Of a DNA stretch of 64,000 nt, positions 45,695 through 53,209 are shown in pieces. The stretch comes from an uncultured Planctomycetota bacterium (GTDB lineage Bacteria; Planctomycetota; Phycisphaerae; UBA1845; UTPLA1), in the NCBI GenBank assembly GCA_900696465.1, contig CAADGE010000046.1, forward strand, positions 77,858 to 141,857, given 5' to 3'. The translations under genes and the position numbers were made by a program. Numbering within the stretch: the stretch's first letter is position 1; every line of letters starts with the position of its first letter. The notes beneath the pieces were generated by a model. It was given only the letters and a program-made list of their open reading frames with translations, was not told the origin of the DNA and did no database searches.

Positions 45695-47103
45695 ACCTTC
45701 TCACCCGGACGGATGGCCTTCGGCCCAGGACATCGGGCCAACAGTTCTTCGGCACATTGTGCGAGGAGCGGACTGATTTCGAAGAGCCCGTCCGGTTCCC
45801 CATCTGCACGAAGCGGTATCGTGTAGCCCGCGTCGCGCATCCAACGCGCGGCCCGGCGGCTCATATCGCGGCGCGCGGTCTCGACCGAATCGACGCCGGT
45901 GGCATTCTTGACCGGGCTGAACTCTTCGGCGCGGGAAGTTTCAAGCAGCATGGCCCGCTCGGCCAGCGGCAGTGCATCGAATACGAAGGATTCGAGTTTG
46001 ACCGCATTCGGCTCTTGCGGCTCTACGCGCCGCCCGTCGGGCAGCTCGACGAAAGGCACTTTCTTCATCGCACGATGCCAGGGCAGTGCAAAGGCGGCAC
46101 GGTCGGCGGTCAGGCGCTCGACGAATCTTCGAGTCAAAAGGTGGATCGCAATGTTACCGGCATCGAAGCGGCGCGAACCGTCGGGATTTCTTGCCCGGGC
46201 CAGCGCCTCGGGAAGATCGGAATACTCAATGACCACGAGCTTTCCGCCGGACATGGCGAAGTTGCCAACCTTTTCGAGGTCGTCGGCCTTCGGAAGCGTC
46301 TTGCTGGACATCTCCGAACCGCTCTCGTCGTGCAGGCCGATGAAGACCGGATCGAGGCAATAGACCAGCGGATTATCCACCTGAAAGTAGGAGATGTGTT
46401 CGATGCCGCGGCGGGCCATGTCGGCGAGCATGCCGGTCGTAGCCAACGCCAGCAGTGAGCCGCCGTGGCCGTCCGGCGACAGGGCCACGCGATGCGGTTG
46501 ATCGAGAAGGATTCTGCCGTCACGATCGAATGCCGGCATGACACCCTGCTCAAAGAAAAGCACGTCCTGAGCAGGCAACCCGAAGTGCGCATTCGACTCG
46601 AAGAACTGCCGAGTCGCTTCGTCATTCGCCGGGCTGGTCATGACGTACCACGGCACGCTTGCACCGCTGTCTCGCTGTGTGGCCAGGATCGACTCCGCAA
46701 AAAGCTGGAAGAGCGGCTTTTCTTTCACCGGTGAGATGCGAAAGGCCCCTTTCGGCCCTTCGAAACCCAGGCGCGTCCCCTGCCCGCCAGCCACGGTCAA
46801 TGCGGCCACTTTGCCCGCTGCAAGAAGCGCTCGGCCGCGCTCGATCGTCGTTGCGGTTACGTCGCGCCGTGCGATTACAGGTGCCGGGCTCAGGTCATCG
46901 GGGATCGCGTGAACCGACTCACCGCCGGCCGCAAGCCGAGAGAGAGAAGGCAGTTCGGCACAGTTAATGCTGGTCAGGTCCGCGAGCAACTCCCCGCGCT
47001 GCGTCTGACTCAGCCGGTCCCAGAAGGCGAAGACATGCCCTTGTCCGACGGCATCGTAGGCCTTGCGCAGTTCTTCGTAGCTGGACCTGGAGTTCGGGTT
47101 CAT
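45676..47103 (-). CDS. UDP-sugar / UDP-N-acetylglucosamine pyrophosphorylase (UDPGP type 1, UAP1-like)
   Basis: LTVAGGQGTRLGFEGPKG, PWYVMTSPANDEATRQFF, SPDGHGG and FQVDNPLV are hallmark blocks of the UDPGP family. Start ATG 47103. Confidence 0.8.
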   Translation of the reverse strand: MNPNSRSSYEELRKAYDAVGQGHVFAFWDRLSQTQRGELLADLTSINCAELPSLSRLAAGGESVHAIPDDLSPAPVIARRDVTATTIERGRALLAAGKVAALTVAGGQGTRLGFEGPKGAFRISPVKEKPLFQLFAESILATQRDSGASVPWYVMTSPANDEATRQFFESNAHFGLPAQDVLFFEQGVMPAFDRDGRILLDQPHRVALSPDGHGGSLLALATTGMLADMARRGIEHISYFQVDNPLVYCLDPVFIGLHDESGSEMSSKTLPKADDLEKVGNFAMSGGKLVVIEYSDLPEALARARNPDGSRRFDAGNIAIHLLTRRFVERLTADRAAFALPWHRAMKKVPFVELPDGRRVEPQEPNAVKLESFVFDALPLAERAMLLETSRAEEFSPVKNATGVDSVETARRDMSRRAARWMRDAGYTIPLRADGEPDGLFEISPLLAQCAEELLARCPGPKAIRPGEKVYLDRN

Positions 47104-47179
47104 GGCGTGCGGATCGTCGCTCCCGGTTGATGCGAGTTCACGTCGATAAACTATCAGGAGCCAAGGGACTGTCAACGTG

Positions 47180-48196
47180 ATGAATCGTGAAGAACGTCAG
47201 GGTGATCGGGCAAGGCAGAGCCGACGCGGCTTCCTGCGTCGCTCGGTGGGTGCTGCGTTGGCGGCCGGCCTCGCGCAGCCCGCCAGATTGATGAGCCAGG
47301 TTATTTCCGCGGCATCGACTTTGAAGGACGATTCACACGATGCGCTGGCTCGCGTTGTGCGGGTCACATCTGATCGCGTGATGCCGCTGCGGGTCGTTCA
47401 TCGCAACATCCTGACCGATGCCTTGAACGAAGGTCTTCGACTGTTGACCGGCAAGAGCAGGATCGCCGATGCCTGGCATGCGCTGCTCGATCCGCGCGAT
47501 GTCATTCTGCTGAAGTTCAATCAATCGGCCGCCGAACGGATCGGCACCACGCAGGCCGCCGCCGAGGTCCTTGTCGAATCTCTGGTCAAGGCAGGGTGGA
47601 ATCCGAACCAGCTGATGCTCCTTGAGGCCGGTGACATGACGGGCGATTTGTTGCGACAAACCCGACGGCCCGATCGCCGCTGGCAGGGAACGTTGGTGAA
47701 TTTCGGCGAGAGCGGAAGCGACTCGTTCATCGCTGCGCTGGATGAAGCCACGGCGATCATCAACGTACCTTTTCTCAAGACGCATCACCTTGCCACGATG
47801 ACCTCCTGCATGAAGAATCTCTCTCACGGCCTGATCCGCAGGCCGGCCCGCTTTCACGCCAACGGGTGCGACCCCGCCATCGCAGAAATCGTTCGCAGCC
47901 CGCAGATTCGTGATAAGTTGAGACTCAACATCGTAAATGCACTTAGGGTCATTGCTCATACGGGCTCAAAGGCAGACGGCGAGGTCGTTGAGACGGCCGG
48001 TACCATCCTGCTCGGAACTAATCCCGTGGCCTCTGATGCCGTGGGATTCGGTCTGCTGAACGAGGTTCGATCGCTCAGGAGCTTCCCCCCCCTTCTGAAG
48101 AACGCCTCACTTCCGCGACAAATCGTTACTGCAGAAAGACTTGGGCTTGGAACAGCCGATCTTGAGCGGATCGAAATGCCTCTGGTCAAGCTGTAA
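47180..48196 (+). CDS. Tat-signal DUF362-like protein
   Basis: Twin-arginine signal SRRGFLRRSVGAALAAG. VILLKFN..., INVPFLKTHHLATMTSCMKNLSHGLI resemble DUF362 blocks. Assigned from memory of the family pattern only. Confidence 0.55.
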   Translation: MNREERQGDRARQSRRGFLRRSVGAALAAGLAQPARLMSQVISAASTLKDDSHDALARVVRVTSDRVMPLRVVHRNILTDALNEGLRLLTGKSRIADAWHALLDPRDVILLKFNQSAAERIGTTQAAAEVLVESLVKAGWNPNQLMLLEAGDMTGDLLRQTRRPDRRWQGTLVNFGESGSDSFIAALDEATAIINVPFLKTHHLATMTSCMKNLSHGLIRRPARFHANGCDPAIAEIVRSPQIRDKLRLNIVNALRVIAHTGSKADGEVVETAGTILLGTNPVASDAVGFGLLNEVRSLRSFPPLLKNASLPRQIVTAERLGLGTADLERIEMPLVKL

Positions 48197-48362
48197 ACCA
48201 ATCGCGAGTCGTGGTTTCTGGTCTGCCCTCAAATGGGTCGATGAGCCAAGCCGGGCTTTTTAAGATTTATAATGTCATATTTATTGTAATTTGCGGTGCC
48301 CCTTCCTGTGATTTGTTGCGTGGCCCGAAAACGCTTTTCCCGCAGCAATATTGGGAAGATTA

Positions 48363-48390
48363 TTGACACCTCGTGAACATATGATACGAT
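48363..48390 (+). promoter_or_regulatory. sigma-70-like promoter candidate at the head of a long leader
   Basis: TTGACA (48363-48368), 16-nt spacer, TACGAT (48385-48390), in an AT-rich island ~580 nt upstream of GTG 48973. Confidence 0.35.
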
Positions 48391-48972
48391 ATAAGCAGGA
48401 TTATCCGGTTGTGTTGCGCCCGACAGGGGTCGGGCCACACCCGGTGGATTGTGTGTATCACCCAAGGAAGCGGCACGAGCGAAAGCGTTATCATTCCATA
48501 AATATTTATGAACGCCCGCGCGGGGACGTAATCCCGCGAGTCATTCCTTCCGCAAGCGCCGTAAGCTTCCAAAACACTACACGCCATCCTCGAAACGAGC
48601 CCAACGGTACTTTCCTGACAGTTCCTCATCGCAGGAGACGTGTCGGGTTAGACTTCCGGATTCGTTTCAACACGCCCGAGAGGCAGACCCGGACGTCCTG
48701 AAATTTCGACTGCGACATACGCCTTCGACCACTCCGCGGTGGAGTGGAAGGTTCGAGGGCGATCGACAGGTTCAGACCGCAAACACTGGCAGGCGGACTG
48801 CACCTGACTAACCGAAGCCCTCCAACGCAGGGCGACACGACGAACTGACCGATCGCAACCGCGGCCGGAGGTTCAATGAAAGGTTTCATCATTTATTGTG
48901 TCTTGTCTTCGCCTCGGCCTGCCTAAGGGCACGGTGAAGGGACCTCGGAACTGCCAGGAAGGAGCACGTATC

Positions 48973-49809
48973 GTGAAGAAACGGAAGGCATTTACCCTCA
49001 TCGAACTGCTGGTGGTAATCGCGATCATCGCATTGTTGATCTCGATTCTCCTCCCCAGTCTCTCCCGTGCGCGAGAGCTCTCCAAGCGCACCGTCTGTTC
49101 GGCCAACCTGCGGGGTATCGGCCAGGCGATGTACATCTACGCGCAGGACGAACCGGGCGTCTTCCCGACCATCGCTCAGACCTTCACCGGTCCGGTGACC
49201 AACAACATGGTCCTCTTCCGGCCGATGGATCGAACGACCCTGCCGCTCACGACGGGCATTCCGTCGGTCACCGTGGACCTCTGGGCGCTGATTCGCCAGA
49301 ACAACACCACGCCCAAGCAGTTCATCTGCCCGAGCACGACCGACCTTCCCGATCCGGCCCAGGACTCGCTGGCCTACTATGACTTCCTCAGCGAGCAGAA
49401 CCTGAGCTATGCCTATCAGTATCAGCACAGCCCGAACCGGGCGATCATCGGCACCAGCTCGGAACCGATCTTCCCGGTCATGGCAGACGCCAACCCGTAC
49501 GTCAAAGGCAAGGTTGCGGACCGCTTTGACATCGACCGCACCAGCGTCTTCCGCGGCAACAGCAACAACCACACGAACCGCGAAGGACAGAACGTCCTCT
49601 TCCAGGATTCGCACGTCGAATTCTCGCGAGGTCCGGACGTCGGTCTGTCGGGTCTGACGCCGATCCCGGTTTTCTCGAAGGGCAAGGACAACTGCTACAC
49701 CGTCCACCTCGTAACCAGCGGCGGCGGCGGTGTGGACCCCGGCAACGCCATCCCGACCAGCACGAGCGTCGCGCTCGGCAGCCGGTCGGATGCTTGTCTG
49801 GTCCCGTAA
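48973..49809 (+). CDS. prepilin-type N-terminal cleavage/methylation domain protein, DUF1559 (H-X9-DG-like) family
   Basis: [33 protein letters not shown] (class III signal). C-terminal [18 protein letters not shown] resembles the DUF1559 H-X9-DG block. GGAAGGAG lies upstream of GTG 48973. Confidence 0.85.
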   Translation: MKKRKAFTLIELLVVIAIIALLISILLPSLSRARELSKRTVCSANLRGIGQAMYIYAQDEPGVFPTIAQTFTGPVTNNMVLFRPMDRTTLPLTTGIPSVTVDLWALIRQNNTTPKQFICPSTTDLPDPAQDSLAYYDFLSEQNLSYAYQYQHSPNRAIIGTSSEPIFPVMADANPYVKGKVADRFDIDRTSVFRGNSNNHTNREGQNVLFQDSHVEFSRGPDVGLSGLTPIPVFSKGKDNCYTVHLVTSGGGGVDPGNAIPTSTSVALGSRSDACLVP

Positions 49810-49862
49810 GCAGGTCCTCGGATCCCTGCTCTACGGCCGGAGAGCACGACGTGACAACCTCG

Positions 49863-49895
49863 GGGCGGCAGGTCGCCTGGCCTGTCGCCCTTTTT
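49863..49895 (+). terminator. intrinsic terminator downstream of the DUF1559 gene
   Basis: 10-bp stem GGGCGGCAGG / CCTGTCGCCC (one G-T wobble), 8-nt loop, then TTTTT (49891-49895). Confidence 0.65.
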
Positions 49896-49953
49896 CTATG
49901 CGCATCGGGAGAGGCCTTTGGAAAAGAGGATTCTGCGGCCCGATCCCGGCGGA

Positions 49954-52119
49954 TCACCCATCCATCGACGGGCGAATCCGCATTCGCCCGTCAACGGCGA
50001 TGACGCCCTGACCCGGTGGAAGGACCATCACAGGGTTCAGGTCCAGCTCCATCAGTTCGGGGACCGCCTGAACCAGCGCTGAGACCTTGAGAATGGCCCC
50101 GATCAGGGCCTCACGATCGGCCGGTGGCGTACCGCGATAACCCTCCAGGAGCGGAGCGGACTTGAGCTTCGCGATCATCTCAGCAGCATCTCGATCGCTT
50201 ACCGGCGTCAGTCGAAATGAGACATCCTTGAGCAACTCCACATGAATTCCACCCATGCCGCAGACCAGCAGCGGTCCGAAGACCGGGTCGGTCGTGACAC
50301 CGATCAGCATTTCAACGCCGTCGCCGATCTGACGCTGCAGCAGCACTCGCTGCAACTCGTAGCCCGCAGTTGCCAGTCGCTGCTTCATGTGACCAGCCGC
50401 CTGACGCACATCACTTGCGGTCTTGAGGCCTAGGACCACACCGCCGACGTCGCTCTTGTGCACCAGACCCGGCGCCACGGCCTTCATCACCAGCGGATAA
50501 CCCAGGCGGTCGGCCTCGACGGCGGCTTCCTCCAATGAAACCTCCCGTGCTTCCGCCATCTTCAAGTCGATTGCCTTCAGAACCTGCGAGACTCCCTCTG
50601 GCGAAAGCCAGCTCGGGCCGCCGGCAGCCGCTGCTTCGTTGCAGATGATCCGACGAACCTCCGTGATGACCGGTGGCGGCAAGACCTCGATATTCCCTCT
50701 GGGCCGATTCTTCCAGGTTCCGTAGCGATATGCGGCTGACAGTGCGATCGCGGCATTTTCCGGATAGCTGTAGGCCGGCAGCCGCCCCCGTGGCCCGGAA
50801 CCCAGCATCTCTGGTGTTCCCTGGGTCGAGAGGAACACGGTCTGGATCGGCTTCTCGCCGGGCAGATCGCCTGCCGCACGGGCAATCGCAGCGGCGACAT
50901 CTTCGGGCCGGGTGGTCATCAACGGCGGGATAAAAATAACGACGATCGCGTCGATGTTTGGATCGTCTCCGAGAATGCGAATCGACCGTTCGATGGTTGC
51001 GGGGTCATCCGATGCGACCAGATCGATCGGATTGCTCAGGCCCGCATGAGGAGGAAGAAACGCGCGAAAAGCGGCAATCGATTTCTCCGACAGACTCGGC
51101 AGCACCAGACCGCGGGCCTCGCAGGCATCGGCCAGCAGGATGGCAGGACCGCCGGCATTTGAAACCACGCCGACGCGCGGTCCGCGGGGCACGGGCTGCG
51201 TCGCCAGCAGCGCGGCCACGTCAAACATTTCCTCAAGAGTCTGCGTGCGAATGACGCCGGCCTGCTCGAAGAGTGCATCGACGGCGACATCCAGATTTGC
51301 CAGCGCCGCGGAGTGGCTCGAAGCCGCGCGGCTGCCGGCGGCGGAGCGTCCGGCCTTGACCGCAACGACGGGCTTGCGTCGAACGACTTCCGGCGCGATG
51401 CGCGCGAACTTCCGCGGGTTGCCGAAGCTCTCCAGATACAGCAGCACGACGCCGGTGCGCGGATCGTCCACCCAGTAGCTCAGCAGGTCGTTGCCGGAGA
51501 CGTCGGCTTTGTTGCCGACGGATACAAAGCTTGAGATGCCCAGATTCAGCCGCTTGACCTGGTCGAGAATCGTCAGCCCGAGCGCGCCGCTCTGCGTGAG
51601 AATGGCGATATTCCCCGCCGGCGGCCAGATCGGCGTGAAGGTGACATTCAGCCGCACACGCGGATCGGTGTTGAGCAGGCCCATGCAGTTCGGGCCGACC
51701 ATGCGTATGCCGGCCGCTCGCACCTTGTGGAGAATCCGCCGTTCCATCTGCCGCCCTTCTTCGGACGCCTCCGCAAAACCGGCGGAGATGATTACCAGCC
51801 CTCTTACGCCGGCGAAAATGCAATCGTCCACGACGGATTCGACGGCTGACTTCGGGACGGCGATCACGGCGAGATCGATCGGCTGCCCGACAGCAGTCAC
51901 GCTTGAATACGCGCGCAGGCCCTGCACTTCTGAGGTCTGCGGATTGATCGGATAGATGCGACCGGTGTAGCCATCGCGCAGCAGATTCGCCAGAATCGCC
52001 CCGCCGATGGAGTTGACCTTACGGGACGCGCCGACCACGGCGACTGACGTCGGGTTGAGCAGCTCACGAACGCCCACGTCACGCAGGTCCGATGGTGATG
52101 AAGTTACGTTGCCCAGCAT
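49954..52119 (-). CDS. ADP-forming acetyl/acyl-CoA synthetase (fused CoA-binding, ligase-CoA and ATP-grasp domains)
   Basis: LNPTSVAVVGASRK.NSIGG.I..NL...GY.G.IYPINP (CoA-binding), MVGPNCMGL, GNIAILTQSGALG, and a C-terminal ATP-grasp region (GYPLVMKAV...HKSDVGGV). Confidence 0.88.
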   Translation of the reverse strand: MLGNVTSSPSDLRDVGVRELLNPTSVAVVGASRKVNSIGGAILANLLRDGYTGRIYPINPQTSEVQGLRAYSSVTAVGQPIDLAVIAVPKSAVESVVDDCIFAGVRGLVIISAGFAEASEEGRQMERRILHKVRAAGIRMVGPNCMGLLNTDPRVRLNVTFTPIWPPAGNIAILTQSGALGLTILDQVKRLNLGISSFVSVGNKADVSGNDLLSYWVDDPRTGVVLLYLESFGNPRKFARIAPEVVRRKPVVAVKAGRSAAGSRAASSHSAALANLDVAVDALFEQAGVIRTQTLEEMFDVAALLATQPVPRGPRVGVVSNAGGPAILLADACEARGLVLPSLSEKSIAAFRAFLPPHAGLSNPIDLVASDDPATIERSIRILGDDPNIDAIVVIFIPPLMTTRPEDVAAAIARAAGDLPGEKPIQTVFLSTQGTPEMLGSGPRGRLPAYSYPENAAIALSAAYRYGTWKNRPRGNIEVLPPPVITEVRRIICNEAAAAGGPSWLSPEGVSQVLKAIDLKMAEAREVSLEEAAVEADRLGYPLVMKAVAPGLVHKSDVGGVVLGLKTASDVRQAAGHMKQRLATAGYELQRVLLQRQIGDGVEMLIGVTTDPVFGPLLVCGMGGIHVELLKDVSFRLTPVSDRDAAEMIAKLKSAPLLEGYRGTPPADREALIGAILKVSALVQAVPELMELDLNPVMVLPPGQGVIAVDGRMRIRPSMDG

Positions 52120-52356
52120 CGTCTTAAATCCATGGCGGAGAGATTCTAACGCTGTTTACGCAACGGCAGCGATTCCCCCCAGCACGACCACCCAACCAGA
52201 GCAGTAACCCATCGCGTGGAGAATCATAGCAAGGAAGATGCCATCGGGCGGCAAAAGAAACGGGCCCCGCGCCGCCGAAGCGCGGCACGGAGCCCGGTAG
52301 AGAACAAGTGTCAGGATGTCGTATCAGGCCGCAGCGGACTCAAAAGCCGTCTGCGT

Positions 52357-52378
52357 GACTGCCAGATGGCAGTCTTTT
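52357..52378 (+). terminator. terminator-like hairpin plus T-run with plus-strand polarity in a minus/minus intergenic region
   Basis: GACTGCCA / TGGCAGTC stem (52357-52374) followed by TTTT (52375-52378). Both flanking genes are on the minus strand. Confidence 0.3.
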
Positions 52379-52389
52379 GTTCGTCGTGC

Positions 52390-53061
52390 CTAGCTTCTGC
52401 GTCGTCGAACGACGAAGGTCAGGCCGGCAAGCAGCAGGGCCAGCGTGCCCGGCTCCGGCGTGGGATATTCTTCGAGGATGAAGCTGTAATTCGGATGGAC
52501 CGGATCGAGGTCCAGACCGATCACCAGCTCGCCAGCGCCGGCCCCCGGGAAGAACGAGGCATTCGGCAACACGACACCGCCATCGGCCGAGAGGTCGGTC
52601 GCGCGGTTGGGATTGCCGAAGAGATTGCCCGGGTCCGACCAGTAGACATTGGAAAACGGCGACATGCTGAAGCCGGACGAAAGGCCAACATCAAACCAGG
52701 CGCGTCCACCGCCATGGACAACCATGTGGTAGTCGGTCCAGGGCGTGCCGGTCAGGTTCGTCACCGCTTCGTCCAGAATGACGATGTAGGGCACGGCATT
52801 GGGCGATACCTGATTGAAGGTGATCGACAGGCCCGGGAATGCGCCGGAGGCATCCGGCGGTCGAGTGAAGTCCTTGGCGATTTCGATGGCGAGATAGTTC
52901 TCACCGATCTGATCGACCAGGATGCTCACTAAGGCGTCGTCGGCGACGACGGCTTCCCAGCCGCCACCGAGGGCCAGCGTGACGTCGGCCTGCGCGACAG
53001 CCGGGATGAGAAACAGACTCAAAAGGGCCACGCAGGCGGTAAGGGCTCTCAACGTTTTCAT
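52390..53061 (-). CDS. PEP-CTERM sorting-domain secreted protein, homologous to an internal domain of the upstream giant protein
   Basis: GGAGAAGGAAG RBS before ATG 53061; signal peptide MKTLRALTACVALLSLFLIPAVAQA; C-terminus PTPEPGTLALLLAGLTFVVRRRRS. The body aligns by eye with giant-protein residues ~1420-1582. Confidence 0.75.
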   Translation of the reverse strand: MKTLRALTACVALLSLFLIPAVAQADVTLALGGGWEAVVADDALVSILVDQIGENYLAIEIAKDFTRPPDASGAFPGLSITFNQVSPNAVPYIVILDEAVTNLTGTPWTDYHMVVHGGGRAWFDVGLSSGFSMSPFSNVYWSDPGNLFGNPNRATDLSADGGVVLPNASFFPGAGAGELVIGLDLDPVHPNYSFILEEYPTPEPGTLALLLAGLTFVVRRRRS

Positions 53062-53209
53062 TCTTCCTTCTCCTGACATCTTGCAGTTTCAGGGCCGGGT
53101 TACTGCCCCTGTTATGCGAACTCCGAGGGGGCATGCCCCTCACATACGTCATCCACCGGCCCGGGCACGGCCTGTCAGCCGAACCCGAGCCGATGGAAAT
53201 GGACCTCAG

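Noticed and set aside
48740-48765. GGTTCGAGGG string resembling a tRNA/tmRNA T-loop within the long intergenic region
   Set aside because: I could not build an acceptor stem, a D or anticodon arm, or a 3' CCA context around it. No tag-peptide-like reading frame is evident. I left it as part of the structured-leader finding rather than calling an RNA gene.
53125-53141. GAGGGG-GCATG-CCCCTC palindrome in the spacer between the giant gene and the PEP-CTERM gene
   Set aside because: It is only a 6-bp stem with no U-tract on either strand. It could be a weak attenuator or a protein-binding palindrome, but there is not enough support to call it a feature.
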